A stretch of DNA of 64,000 bases from Mobula hypostoma (GCF_963921235.1 NC_086097.1:228348001-228412000); one strand, 5' to 3'. Counted from the first letter of the stretch, positions 37,690-51,550 are shown. Program-made: numbers and translations. The notes: a model not told the origin generated them from the letters alone.

Positions 37690-39325
37690 CATTGGAGAGG
37701 GATAGGAACAGACAAGTTAGGAAAGTGTTTAATCGGAGTCAGGCAGGACCTTGGAAGCATACAGTAAATTGGGAACAGATGTACTCAGGGAAATGCATGG
37801 AAGAAATGTGGCAAAAGTTCAGGGGATATTTGTGTGGAGTTCTGCACAGGTACATTCCAATGAGACAGGGAAAGGATGGTAGGGTACAGGAACTGTGGTA
37901 TACAAAGGCTGTTGTAAATCTAGTCAAGAAGAAGAGCTTATGAAAGGTTCAAAAAACTAGGTAATGATAGAGATCTTGAAGATTATGAGGCTAGCAGGAA
38001 AGAGCTAAAGAAAGAAATTAGGAGAGCCAGAAGGGGCCATGAGAAAACCTTGGCGGACAGGATTAAGGGAAATCCCAAGGTATTCTACAAGTATGTGAAG
38101 AGCAAGAGGATAAGATGTGAAAGAACAGGACCAATCAAGTGTGGCAGTGGAAAAGTGTGTATGGAACTGGAGGAGGTAGCAGAGGTTCTTAATGAGTACT
38201 TTGCTTTAGTATTCACTATAGAAAAGGATCTTGGCGATTGTAGGGATGACTTACAGTGGACTGTAAAGCTTGAGCATGTAGGTATTAAGAAAGAGGATGT
38301 GCTGGAGCTTTTGGGAAGCATCAAGTTGGATAAGTCACAGGGACCGGACGAGATGTACCCCAGGCTACTGTGGGAGATGGGTGAGGAGATTACTGAGCCT
38401 CTGGCGATGATATCTGCATCATCAATGGGGATGGGAGAGGTTCCAGAGGATTGGAGGGTTGCAGATGTTGTTCCGTTATTCAAGAAAGGGAGTAAAGATA
38501 GCCCAGGAAATTATAGACCAGTGAGTCTTACTTCAGTGGTTGGTAAGTTGGTGGAGAAGATCCTGACAGGCAGAATTTATGAACATTTGGAGAGGCATAA
38601 TATGATTAGGAATAGTCAGCATGGTCTTGTCAAAGTCAGGTTGTGCCTTACTAGCCTGATAGAATTTTTTGAGGATGTGACTAAACACATTGATGAAGAT
38701 AGAGCAGTAGATGTAGTGTATATGGATTTCAGCAAGGCATTTTACAAGGTACCTCATGCAAGGCTTATTGAGAAAGTAAAGAAACCATAAGACCATATGA
38801 CAAAGGAGCAGAAGTCAGCCATTCAGCCCATCAAGTCTGCTCTGCCATTTTATCATGAGCTGATCCATTCTCCCATTTAGTCTCACTCCCCCGCCTTCTC
38901 ACCATAACCTTTGATGCCCTGGCTACTCAGATACCTATCAATCTCTGCCTTAAATACATCCAATGACTTGGCCTCCACTGCCGCCCGTGGCAACAAATTC
39001 CATAGATTCACCACCCTCTGGCTAAAAGAATTTCTTCACATCTCTGTTCTGAATGGGATAGCCTGAGGCATGGGATCCAAGGGGAAGCTGCTTTGTGGAT
39101 CCAGAAATGGCTTTCCCACAGAAGGCAAAGAGTGGTTGTAGACAGGTCATATTCTGCATGGAGGTCGGTGACCAGTGGTGTGCCTCAGGGATCTGTTCTG
39201 GGACCCCTGCTCTTTGTGATTTTTATAAATGATCTGGATGAAGAAGTGGAGGGATGGGTTAGTAAATTTGCTGATGGCACAAAGGCTGGAGGTGTTGTGG
39301 ATAGTGTGGAGGCTGTCAGAGGTGT
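37690..39325 (+). mobile_element. CR1 ORF2 fragment with a nested antisense CR1 3' end (~38785-39056)
   Basis: KSQGPDEMYPRLL, NYRPVSLTS, YMDFSKAF, GVPQGSVLGP and FADGTK motifs. Confidence 0.88.
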
Positions 39326-39935
39326 CAAGTCAGTCATTAAACTTCTAAAGCTGTAGCTCCTCAAACCTCTGCCTCCTGCAGAGACAGATCTTGGTTATAG
39401 ACCTGTCCAAACAGCTGGTCTTGGTCTTAACGTGCAGATGCTGCAGAAATTCTCTTCTGCCTGGAAAGTGTCAAGTGATTCTTCCCATGATACATGACTC
39501 TCCACGTGTTGAATCATTAACTACAAGCACAATATCTCCTGGGAGGAAATTCTATTTTATACCTGACCATTTCTGATGTTTCTGTGCTGAACTAAGTACT
39601 CCTGACCCATTGTTTCCAAAACCAGTTTGACATGTGTTGGACTTGCTTCCATCTTGTCTGCGTTGTGGAACTCTCCTGGTGGTGAGGATGGTGAGGGCTT
39701 CAGATGCAACAGATGGTTCAGTGTGGGTGTTTCTAAGTCATTGGAATTTGAGGATGCCTTTGTAATCAGAAGACCATTGATAATAGCCTCTACTTCACAA
39801 ACGACTGTGTGGAAACCCTCATCATCAAGATTCTGTGCCTTCATGGTGGAATTGAGGACGTTATGCACAGACCTGATCAATCTCTCCCATGTTCCTCCAT
39901 GATGTGAACCAGCAAGAGGGTTAACAAACCAAAAC
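39326..39935 (-). mobile_element. BEL/Pao LTR-retrotransposon integrase remnant
   Basis: HHGGTWERLIRSV...CEVEAIING.LIT..S....DLE..TLNHLL. Confidence 0.75.
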
Positions 39936-39977
39936 CATTGAGAGATTGAATATGGGAGTTGACCATGTATATCATGC

Positions 39978-40340
39978 TTCCAAAATAACTAAGCTCCTAG
40001 TCTAAAAGACGACATTCGATCTTTTATTATGACACCAAAGATGAACCATCTTATGGCAATAAAAAAACTAACAAAACTATATTAGTGATATAGCAAAATA
40101 AGAATAATTAAACATAATTAGTAAAACTGAGCAAAGTTAGCGGCCAACAAAAAATGGTACACATGGCCCACATGACCCACTCCCTCTCAACTAGACTAAA
40201 CTGAACTAAGACAAAGAGTGAATACATAACTACACTCATTTACGTCCACCATACCCCAACCCAGGTGACAAATTACCCATAATAAACACCCAAAATAAAA
40301 TAAAATACAGACAGACATAAAATAGATACCAGCCTCCTGC
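39978..40340. repeat. Diverged direct repeat of ~37234-37600
   Basis: Shared cttccaaaataactaag...ggcccactccc...ctaaactgaact...aaaatagatac. Confidence 0.7.
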
Positions 40341-40549
40341 ACCAATGATGGGATTCAGAAATACACAAATTTTCCATTGGATCATATTTGTATACAAATG
40401 GTCTACTTCAGTATGAAAATGGCATTTCTTTGCTCAAACTTCAGAACAGTTTGGTGACAGGGGCCACACTGTTATCCTTGCCCATAAGTAAATAAAGTGA
40501 GATAAAGGAATAAGAGCAAGTTGTCAGAGACCAATTAACTGGCAATGGC

Positions 40550-41620
40550 ACAAACAAGTCACCTCTCTTTTTCCTTTGCTCCAAAGAGAAAAGACCCACC
40601 TCATCAACCTATCCTCATAACTTACACTTCTACCCCTGGTATCTCTCTTCTAAACCCTCTCTAAAACTTGCACATCCTTCCTACAATGAGGCAGCAAGAA
40701 CTAAACAAAATATTCCAAGTGTAGTCTAACCAGGATTTTTAATAGAGCTGCAACATTACCTCACAATGCTTGAACTCAGTCCTTTGACTCATGAAGATCA
40801 ACACATCATATGCCTTCTTAACAACCCTATCAACTTGTGCAGCAACTTTGAGGGATGTATGGACGTGGATGCCAAGGTACCCCTGTTCCTCCACAGTCCT
40901 AAGGATCCTGCCATTAACCATGTACTCTACCCTCAAATTTGACCTTCCAAAGACGATCACTTCATACTTTTCATGTCTACTTTCCACCCTCTCATCATCA
41001 ACAACTCTAAAGTTAACACTGTTTCAACACTCAAGATTCTGGGCACCATTATCTCACAGGACTTCATGTTGTAGAACCACATCTCCCTCATTAAGAAAAA
41101 GATTTGGCAGATAATGTACTTCTTGCAGCAGTTGGGAAAATTCCACCTTCCCCATAACATACTGTTGCAATTCTAGTGTACACTACCATCATCAACCATT
41201 ACTGTCTGGTTTGGTGCAGTATTACAACACGCAAAGACTAGAGCACCCTGTCAGGGCAGCAGAAATGGTCATTGGCTGCAGTCTGCCATCACTGCAAGAC
41301 TTGTATGTGTCCGGGACAAAGAAACGGGCAGGCAAAATGATTGCGGACACTAACTGCCCAGTAAAATACCTTTTCCAAACGCTCCCTTCATGGAATGTGG
41401 TACAGGGCTATTAAAACAAAAACTTACTATCTTAAAAACTTCTTCGCACAGGCAGTCCACCTGATCAACAATTCTATTTAATTCCCACCGCTCTCTATTA
41501 ACCACATCACTGCACTCCACAGTAAACAGTTGAAACCATTTTTATAAAGCTATTTACATTGTAAATACATGCTGGTATTTATGTATTTATGTACATTCCA
41601 TTCCATATCTGTACTTCAAC
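40550..41620. mobile_element. Minus-strand CR1 fragment followed by plus-strand Rex1-type fragment
   Basis: VDRVVKKAY (minus); YFLQQL..F.L and LPSLQDLY (plus). Confidence 0.65.
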
Positions 41621-41659
41621 CTCTAACTTTATATTTTATATAATTCTTTATTCCTTATA

Positions 41660-44082
41660 CAGGGCCTTGACAAAGTATTCAGCCCCCAACCCTTTGTTCA
41701 CATAAATGAGTATTACAACCAAGGATTGATCAATTTAACTGAGAATTTTTAGCTCCCTTTCCCTCCCACAGTCGAGCCGAAGAAAACAGAGGAAATTGTA
41801 AAGCATGAAAAACTACAAATGCAAAAACTGAAGTGTCAGCATTTCAAAAGTATTGATCCGCCTTTGCTTCGTACTTAGTTGAGCCATCTCTTGTAGCTAC
41901 TACAGCTTGTAGTTTTTTTGGATAAGTCTCTATTAGCTCTGAACAATGTGACAGAGCAAGATTTGCACATTCTTCCTTGCAAAATTGCTCTAGCTGTGCT
42001 CGGCTTCTTGGAGAGTGGTGGCGGACAGCAATCTCAAGGTCTTGCCAGAGATGTTTGATCAAGTTAAGGTCTGGACTCTGGCTGTACCTCTCAAAGACAA
42101 AAATTTTCCATGTGGGCTTTGGGTCATTGTTCTGCTGAGAGACAAATTTCCTCTCCAGTTTAAGTTTTCTGGCAGAGGCTAGCAAGTTTTTATCCAGGAT
42201 CTCTCTGTGCTTAACAGCATTCTTCTTCCATCAGTACTGACTGGTGTTTAGTCTCTGGGGCTGAAGAGCACTCCCATAGCATAATGTTACCTCCACCATA
42301 CTTTACAGTAGGGATAGTGTTACCTCCTTGATGTGCAGTATTATATTTACGCCACATGTACCATTAGTGTTGAGACCAAAAAGTTCCACTTTAGCCTCAT
42401 CCATCCACAAGACCTTCATCCATATCTTCACAGTATCTTCTAAGTGACATTTTGTAAAGGGAAGAATAGGCTTTTATTAAAGCAATACTTGTGGTGAAAA
42501 TCTAATACTATGCATCAGCTAAGTAACACTATCCCTCCTGTAAAGTACTGTGAAAGGACCATAACGTTATGGGGATGCTTTTCAGCAGCAGGGATTGGAA
42601 ATCTGTTCTGGGTTGATGAGAAAAGAGGAAGGCAGCAGAAGGGAAATTATGGACCAGTTAGCCTGACCTCAGTGGTTGGGAAAATGTTAGAGTCAATTGT
42701 TAAGGATGAGGTTATGGAGTACTTGGTGACACAGAGCATGATAGGACAAAGTCAGCAAGGCTTCCTTAAGGGAAAATCTTGCCTGATAAATCTGAATTCC
42801 TTGAGGAGATTACAAGTAGGATAGATAAAGTAGATGCAGTGGATATTGTATATTTGGACTTTCAGAAGGCCTTTGACCAAGGTGCCACACATGAGGCTAC
42901 TTACCAAGTTAAGACCCCATGGTATTAGAGGAAAGTTACTGGCATGGTTAGAGTATTAGTTAATTGGTAGGAGGCAGCAAGTGGGAATACACCCAGGCAT
43001 GCAATACATTAAGTACTCAGATGACACAGTATTCATTGACACTACCAACTCTGATGACTGCATCAATGAGGAAATCAATGCATTTACTGGATGGTGCACA
43101 GACAACTATCTGGACCTGAACCCCAGTAAAACTAAGGAAACAGTAGTGGACTTTAGAAAACAACCCCGGAAATAAGTGGTCAGTTGACAGATCACGTTGG
43201 AGAGCTCAAGTACCTCGGCACAACTATAACATAGTCACGTTTTGGTAGGTTGATACACTCCAAGTACCAACAACAGCTATTTTTCCTTCGGAAGACGTGG
43301 AAACTCCAGATCCAGCTATCGATTCAACAGACATTTTATAAATGTTTCATTGAATCAATATTAACCCACAACTTCACGGTTCAGAGCAAATGAGCACTCT
43401 CAACTGCAGCCCACTCAACAGACTTGTCGGAGTAAGCAGTAAAATCAATGGCCAGAGACAAGAATCTCTCAGCAGCATCCATAAGGGATGGACAATACAG
43501 TCATCTCATGGTCTTATGGAAAGTGAACGCTGCTGAGTATAGTGAGATCCTGGATAAAAAAGTGATAGCCTTTGCAAAGAGCTTAAACTGGGGAGCAAAT
43601 TCATCTTTCAACAGGAGACCAACCCAAAACACACAACTTCAAATGAAGGAAACTGATGTCTTTGCGTAGCTTAGTCAGAGTTCTGACCTTAACCCGATGG
43701 AACATCTCTGGCATTAGCCCAAGATCGCTGTCCACCACCGCTCCCCAACTGATCCGGCACAGGAGCAGTTTTGCAATGAGAAATGGGCAAACTCCATCAC
43801 ATTATGCAAAGCTAATAGAGACTTATCCAAATTGACTACTGGGCTGTAATAGCTGTGGCTCAACAAAGCGCTGAGCAGATATTTTTGAACTGCTGACATT
43901 CCAGGTTTTGAATTTCAGATTTTTCATGCTTTACAATTTTCGCTGTTTCGGCACTCTACTGTGAAAAAGGGGGCAGGCAATTCACAAATACAAGTTTGCA
44001 GTTAAACTGATCAATATACCTGGTTGTAATACTCATTTATGTGAACGAAGGGTTGGGGGCTGAATACTTTTTCAAAGCACTG
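41660..44082. mobile_element. Tc1/mariner derivative made of two inverted 3' halves, with nested CR1 and Rex fragments
   Basis: TA|CAG...CTG|TA ends with long TIRs; SPDLNLIKHLW on minus and the equivalent segment on plus near 43670-43715. Confidence 0.8.
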
Positions 44083-44662
44083 TAATTGTCGAATGTTGCT
44101 ATTTTTATTGCACATTGCACCAACACACCAAGGCAAATTCCTAATACATGTAAATGTATATGGTGAATACAGTTGTTCCTTGACTTTTCCAGCTTGAACT
44201 CCACTTACCACTTCTCAGCCCAGCTCTACATACCGTCAATGTCCCATTGTAACCCATGACAACCTTCTACACTATCTACAATACTTTCAAACTTGGTGTC
44301 ATCTGCAAACTTACTAACCCAACCAATCAACACACACAAAATGCTGGAGGAACTCAGGCGATCAAACAACACCTACGGAAAAGTGTAAACAGTCGACATT
44401 TCTGGCCGTGATCCTCTTTTCCAGAGATGCTGCCTGACCTGCTGAGCTCCTCCAGCGTTTTATGTGTGTTGCATTTGCAGACTTTCTCCTGTTTGCTATT
44501 TACCAACCCACCCTTCTCTGTTCTCATCCACATCATTTATATTTTAAAAAATCACAACGAACAAGAACACGAGGAAATCTGCAGATGCTGGAAATTCAAG
44601 CAACACACACAAAAAATGCTAGTGAATGCAGCAGGCCAGGCAGCATCTATAGGAAGAGGTAT

Positions 44663-44698
44663 AGTCGACGTTTCCGGCCGAGATCCTTCGTCAGGACT
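44663..44698 (-). ncRNA. Minimal hammerhead ribozyme motif (stem II mismatched)
   Basis: agtc CTGACGA aggatctcggccg GAAA CGTC gact. Confidence 0.55.
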
Positions 44699-45822
44699 AA
44701 CTGAAGGAAGAGATAGTAAGAGATTTGAAAGTGGGAGGGGGAGGGGGAAATCCAAAATGATAGGAGAAGACAGGAGGGGGAGGGATGGAGCTAAGAGCTG
44801 GAAAGTTGATTGGCAAAAGGGGTACAAGGCTGGAGAAGGGAGAGGATCATGGGACGGGAGGCCTAGGGAGAAAGAAAGGGGGAGGGGGGAAAAACCCAGA
44901 GGATGGGCAAGGAGTTATAGTGAGAAAGACAGAGGGAGAAAAAAAAGAGAGAAAATAAAAGGAGGGGGGGAATAAATAATAAATAAATAAGGGATGGGGT
45001 ACAAAGGGGAGGTGGGGCATTAACAGAAGTTAGAGAAGTCAATGTTCATGCCATCAGGTTGGAGGCTACCCAGACGGAATACAAGCTGTTGTTCCGCCAA
45101 CCTGAGTGTGGCTTTATCTTGACAGTAGAGGAAGCCGCGGATAGACATATGGGACGTGGAATTAAAACGTGTGGCCACTGGGAGATCTTGCTTTCTCTGG
45201 TGGACAAAGCGTAGGTGTTCAGTGAAATGGTCTCTCAGCCTGTGTCAGGTCTCGCCAATATATAGAAGGCCGCACCGGACGCAGTATATCACCCCAGCCA
45301 ACTCACAGGTGAAGTGTCGCCTGTCTGGGGCCCTGAACGGTGGTGAGGGAGGAAGTGTAAGGGCATGTGTAGCACTTGTTCCGCTTACAAGGATAAGTGC
45401 CGGGAGGGAGATTGGTGGAAAGGGATGGGGGGAACGAATGAACAAGGGAGTCGCGTAAGGAGCGATCCCTGCGGAAAGCAGAAAGGGGGGGGAGGGAAAG
45501 ATGTGCTTAGTGGTGAGATCCCGTTGGAGGTGGCGGAAGTTACGGAGAATTATATGTTGGACCTGGAGGCTGGTGGGGTGGTAGGTGAGGACATGGGGAA
45601 CCCTATTCCTAGTGGGGTGGCGGGAGGATGGGGTGAGAGCAGATGTGCGTGAAATGGGAGAGATGCGTTTGCGAGCAGAATTGACGGTAGAGGCAGGGAA
45701 GCCCCTTTCTTTAAAAAAGGAGGACTTCTCCTTCGTCCTGGAATGAAAAGCCTCATCCTGAGAGCAGATGCAGTGGAGATGGAGGAATTGCTTGAAGGGG
45801 ATGGTACTTTTGCAAGAGACAG

Positions 45823-46103
45823 GCCCTTACACTTCCTTCCTCACTACCATTCAGGGCCCCAGACAGTCCTTCCAGGTGAGGCGCCACTTCACCTGTGAGT
45901 CGGCTGGGGTGATATACTGCGTCCGGTGCTCCCGGTGCAGCCTTCTATATATTGGTGCGACCCGACGCAGGCTGGGAGACCGTTTCGCTGAACACCTACG
46001 CTCTGTCCGCCAGAGAAAGCAGGATCTCCCAGTGGCCACACATTTTAATTCCACGTCCCATTCCCATTCTGAAATGTATATCCACAGCCTCCTCTACTGT
46101 TAA
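45823..46103 (+). pseudogene. Penelope GIY-YIG endonuclease fragment
   Basis: FTCESAGVIYCVRCSRCSLLYIGATRRRLGDRFAEH...PVATHFN. Confidence 0.88.
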
Positions 46104-46487
46104 GATGAAGCTACACTCAGGTTGGAGGAACAACACCTTATATTCCATCTGGGTAGCCTCCAACCTGATGGCATGAACATCCGTTAATGCCCCGCCTCCC
46201 CTTCGTACCCCATCCCTTATTTATTCCCCCCCCCCCGGCTTTTTTCCCTCTCTTTTTTCTCCCTTTGTCCCTCTCACTGTTACTCCTTGCTCATCCTCTG
46301 GGTTCCCCCCACCCTTTCTTTATCCCTAGGCCTCCCGTCCTATGATCCTCTCCCTTCACCAGCCTCGTATCCCTTTTGCCAATCAACTTTCCAGCTCTTG
46401 GCTCCATCCCTCCCCCTCCTGTCTTCTCCTATCATTTCGGATCTTCCCCTCCCCCTCTCAAATCTCTTACTATCTCTTCTTTCAGTT

Positions 46488-46523
46488 CATCCTGACGAAG
46501 GGTCTTGGACCGAAACGTCGACT
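46488..46523 (+). ncRNA. Minimal hammerhead ribozyme motif (stem I altered)
   Basis: catc CTGACGA agggtcttggacc GAAA CGTC gact. Confidence 0.55.
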
Positions 46524-46588
46524 GTACCTCTTCCTAGAGATGCTGCCTGGCCTGTTGCGTTCACCGGCATTTTTGTGTGTGTTACAAA

Positions 46589-47569
46589 TGTTACACACCC
46601 CGTAACTGGGTTGCCAAACCAGCAGAAATGGATCACTCAGTTGGAGTCTGGATTACTAGAACTAAGAAAGTTTTATTATAGGAACAAGCAACACAGCAAT
46701 CGAAAGGATAATAAATGCAACAGTTCAGCAATGATAAACACACATGTGCACAGAATTAAGATAACAGGATCAACCAAGCTCTATCATTGTCTAGGGGTAA
46801 ATGACCAATTTCAAAGTGACACAAAGTCCAGTCCAATTTAGTTCAGTTCGTAGTAATCATTGCCATGGCGGTGGACAATGTGGTGGGGGGGAGGGAGAGA
46901 GAGAACGAGAACGAATGATCATTCAGAAACGGCTTCCACTCACAGACCGGCGATATTGCTCACAAGCAGCTTTTGGGCGAGTCCTTTGTGATGTCACCTG
47001 GGGTCACCGACTGTGACCCCTCCTCCAGATACGGTCGATCCTCTGCAGTGAACCCGGCACCCAAGCAAGGGCGGACACACACCGGGTTCCCGCTGATCGT
47101 ACCTTTCCACTCTGTGCGTCTAAGGCTGATCCCACGATCAGCCGTCCAAGAGCTTCCCACCGACTTGTAAGAGGTGAACCGCTTCCAAGGTCTCGTTACC
47201 TCGGGGTGTCGTGTGTGTCCTGCCTTAGCGAACCTGTCCCTTTTTATCCCCCTGCTGGGGTATCGCCTGTCCATCACTTCAAACAGTTCAGGGTTCAAAG
47301 GGGGAGCCGCTCTAGACAGCTCTCTCTCCCGTCCCTTCATTACACATCTCCAGATCGCCTGTCCATCACTTCAAACAGTTCAGGGTTCAAAGGGGGAGCC
47401 GATCTTGACAATACCCAGACTGATGGCTCCTTCATTAACATCTCCAAATGCTGCTTCATTGTGTTCCTTATCTCTCCCTCCCCTGAGGACAGGTGGCAGA
47501 CCAACTGCTGATGCCACTGGTGCCAGCCCAGGCCAGCAAACATCTTAATTTATGTGTATTCTCGTCACA
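46589..47569 (-). mobile_element. Solo LTR (Gypsy-like), 981 bp
   Basis: TGTTAC...GTCACA termini, 4-bp TSD caaa (46585-46588 / 47570-47573), minus-strand AATAAA near 46675, and an internal ~48-bp duplication. Confidence 0.85.
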
Positions 47570-47934
47570 CAAAGAACAAGAGTTTGTGAAGACATCCATG
47601 TGGAACACCACTGGTCAATAATCTCCAGGTAGAATACGCTTCTTCTACAACCATGCACTGCCTTCCGTGGGCAAGTCAATTCTGAATCTACAAAGCCAAC
47701 TTTGGCTGAATCCCATGGCTCAAGACTTTCTGAAAGAGCCTACCTTGGGGAGGGGGCCTTATCAAAAGGCTTTCTAAAATCCATATACATCACATCCACT
47801 GCTCTACTTTTATCAATGTTTCTCCAAATGCTCGTAAATCCTGTCTCCGTGAATCTTCTCCAAAGAATTGCTCACCACTGTAGTAAAATCCACTGGTCCA
47901 TAATTACCAGCATTGTCCCTACTCCCGTCTTCAA

Positions 47935-49020
47935 AGTAAATTTATTATTAAAGTACATACATAGGTCACCAGATACAATCCTGAGATTCAATTTCCTGTA
48001 GGCATACTCAATAAATCCATAACAGAACAACCACTACAGAATCAAAGAAAGACCAGACCAACTTGAACGTTCAGCCAGTCTGTAAAAGACAACAAACTGC
48101 AAATACTAAAAGAAAAAACATAATAATAATAAATAAGTAAGCAACAAATAGATAATATGAGATGAAGAGTCCTTGAAAGTGAGTCCATAGGTCATGGGAA
48201 CATTTCAGAGATGGGGCAAGGGAAGTTGAGTGAAATTATCCTCTTTGGTACAACAGCTTGATGGTTGAGGGATAATATCTGTTCTTGAACTTGGTGGTGT
48301 GAATCCTGAGGCTCCTGTACCTTCTTCCTGATGGCAAGCAGAGAGCATGGTCTAGGTGGTGGGGTCGCTGATGATGGATGCTTTCCTGTGACAACATGCC
48401 GTTTTTTATATGCTCAATGGTGGGCAGGGCTTTACCTGTGATGAATTATGTTGTATCCACTACGTTTTTGTAGGCTTTTCTAGTCAAGGGCATTGGCGCT
48501 TCCATACCAGGCTGTGATACAGCCAGTCAATGTACTCTCCATCACATATCTATAGAAGTTTTTTCAAAGTTTTAGATGTTATGCAAATCTTCGCAAACTA
48601 CTAAGGAAGTAGAGGCACTCCCATGCTTTCTTAGTAATTACACTTAAATGCTGGGCCCAGGACAGAACCTTCAAAATGACAATGCCAAGGAATTTAAAGT
48701 TGCTGACCCTCTCCACCTCTGATCCTTCGATGAGAACTGGCTCATGGATCTCTGGCTTCTTCCTCCTGAAGAAGTCAATAGTCAGTTCCTTGGTCTTGTT
48801 GACATCGAGTAAGAGGTTGCCATGGTGGCACCACGCAACCAGATTTTCAATCCCCCTCCTGTACATTGATTCAGCACCACCGTTGATTGGGCCTGGAACT
48901 GTGATGTCATCAGCAAACCTGAATACTGCATCGGAGCTGCGCTTGCCACACAGTCATAAGCGTAAAGTGAGTAGAGCAGGGGGTAAGCACAGCCTGGTGC
49001 TGAACCTATTGCTGATGGTG
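47935..49020 (-). mobile_element. Rex1-type LINE 3' part
   Basis: FADD..., WCHHGNLLLDVNKTKELTIDF, FKFLG and LYFLSSLRRF motifs. Confidence 0.8.
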
Positions 49021-50929
49021 ACCCACTAGATGTAGGCTGCTATTTGGAGGGAGTTGCTGTGAATATGGGCTGAATAAAGGAAAAGGGATTAATGCAGGAT
49101 TGGATTAAATATGTAGTTGATAGTATGGACTCAGAGGGCCCAAGAACCCATTTCTCTGCTGCATGACTTCTCTCATCCAGACTAGCACACACAAAATGCT
49201 GGAGGAACTCAGCAGGTCAGGCAGCATCTATGGAGAGGAAGAAAGATGTCACATTTCAGGCCAACACACTTCGTCAGGGTCCTTCAATCGCATCCAGTTT
49301 GAAAACTGTAATGAAAAATGCTTACTGTCTTTTTAAACCTCTGAAATCAATCACGTCACCAGTGATAGTCATGACTTCATCTACAGAATACACCACTGTG
49401 AAATTCCCACTCTGAACCTCCGCACCTGTACGTTTCCTTCCTCCTTTAGAACCCACTTTAAAAGCATATTAATTTGACTAAACTTCAGTCATCTACTCAA
49501 ACATGTGATTGTGTTTGTTAATACGTCAGGTACTTTGGAAGGTTGTAGCCTGCATCACAGCCTGGCATGGAAGCACCACTACTCTCAAATAGAAAATCCT
49601 ACACAAATTAGCGGATACCTCCCAGCCCTTCACAGGTTAAGACCTCCCCACCATTGAGCACATGTTTCTGCAGGAAAGCAGCATCACCAGGGACCCTAAC
49701 CACCTGGGTCATGGTCTTTTCTCATTGATACCATCAGGAAGGTGGCACTGGAGATGCAGGGAGACTCATTTACACTACTAGGTTCAGGGACAGTTATTAC
49801 CCCTCAATCATCAGGCTCCTGAACCAGAAGGGATAACTTCACTTGCCCCATTAGTGTAACTGGTCCCACAATCTAGGGACTCACTTTCAAGAACTCTTCA
49901 TTTCATATGTTCAATATTTATTACTTATTTATTTATGATTATTATTTTCTTTCTTTGCACAGCTGTTGCACACTGGTTGTCCGCCCTGTCGGTGTGGTCT
50001 TTCATTGATCCTATTATAATTATTGGATTTATTGAGTATGGCTACAAGAAAATGAATCTCAGAGTTATATATGGTGACATATATGTATTTTGACAAAAAA
50101 TTTACTTTGAACTGTATTGATACCAACATTCTTAAGTCTTAAAGCCCAAATATAAATGGTTAGTACCAGTAAATTCAACCCCCCAAAACAATGAAACACA
50201 ATTTAATCAGAACAAAATGTATTCTAGTATGTAACTAAGGTCTGTAACCCCCAAGATCTGCTCACATTATAGGGTGGTCTTGTGATAACTACCGGACAAA
50301 GTGTAAATCAAAAAAGTAAAGCAAGTTTTTAAGTATTGTAATAATCGTGCTTTCATATTGATTTGATTAACCAAATTAGTACCAACCACAATGTGATAGA
50401 AGAAACAACCACATTTTCAAAAGCAGAAAGGGAAACACTGGCTGAGGGATACTCAAATATCATGATGCAGTCTGTTCACTATTTATTGTGCACAGGCAAG
50501 TCCAGGACCTGAAAGCTCAAGTTCACTTGGGTGCTCCTAAAAACCTAATACATTCATCTACCTGTGAATTTTACCCAATTCCTCCTATGCGCACTTTCCA
50601 ATTCACTTACTTTGGCCGTGATTCTGTATTAACATTTTCATGACTAAATTTATGCTAATTACAACATTCTCTGAGCCTTTAGCAAGTCTCCTTGATGAAA
50701 CAGATAAAAATAAAAACCATATTTGCAGAACTGCTATCACACTTGTTGTCTCTGGAAATCTAATACCAGTTATATACAAGGGATAAGTTTGGCAAATACT
50801 TTATCAATTTCAGATGTATTGTGTATTGATCCTCAACCCAGTTGAATAAGCATTGTGCACCTTCAGACTGCCACGAAAAACGAGAATCAATACAATTCAT
50901 TTTTGAAGGTGGAGGAACCACCATTTGGG

Positions 50930-51295
50930 TAAAGAGACACAATACCTTGGGTAGCCTCCAATCTGATGGCATGAACATCAATTTCTCAAACTTCCAGTAT
51001 TGCCTCCCCCCCCCCACTTCTCCATTTTCATCCCCTTGTCCCCCTCTCATGTCATCCCCTTGTTCGCCTATCGCCTCCCTCTGATGCTCCTCATCCCCCC
51101 CTTTCTTCTTTCTTCCACGTCCTTCTGTCTCTTTCACCAATCTACACAGCATTTTTCTCTTCAGTCCTGCTGAAGTACTTCAGCTGAAATGTCGACTGTA
51201 GTTTGTTTTCCACAGATGCTGCCTGGCCTGCTGAGTTCCTCCAGCACTTTGTGTGTTGCTCGGATTTCCAGCATCTGCAGACTTTCTCGTTTGTG
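50930..51295 (+). mobile_element. Older Penelope-like 3' fragment
   Basis: ggtagcctccaatctgatggcatgaac and the family 3' end; degenerate hammerhead near 51163-51198. Confidence 0.7.
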
Positions 51296-51354
51296 AATTC
51301 ATGTTTGAAGATGACATCATCATGGTAACATTATCATGGCTCAAGAAATAGCAA

Positions 51355-51550
51355 ACACAGGGAAATCTGCAGATGCTGGAATTTCAAGCAACACACATAA
51401 AAGTTGCTGGTGAACGCAGCAGGCCAGGCAGCATCTATAGGAAGAGGTACAGTCGACATTTCGGGCCGAGACCCTTCGTCAGGACTAACTGAAAGAATAG
51501 CTAGCTAGCTGCCTGGCCTGCTGTGTTCACCAGCAAATTTTATGTGTATT
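51355..51550. mobile_element. Miniature Penelope-like inverted insertion with 14-bp TSD
   Basis: TSD tcaagaaatagcaa at 51341-51354 and 51551-51564. Confidence 0.85.
51451..51486 (-). ncRNA. Minimal hammerhead ribozyme motif
   Basis: agtc CTGACGA A GGG tctcgg CCC GAAA TGTC gact; stems I and II intact. Confidence 0.7.

Larger units (their letters stand above)
44567..46583. mobile_element. Penelope-like element, tail-out inverted structure with GIY-YIG remnants
   Basis: Minus arm ~44567-45822 and plus arm ~45823-46583; both encode GVIYCVRC..C.LLYIG.T. Confidence 0.9.
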
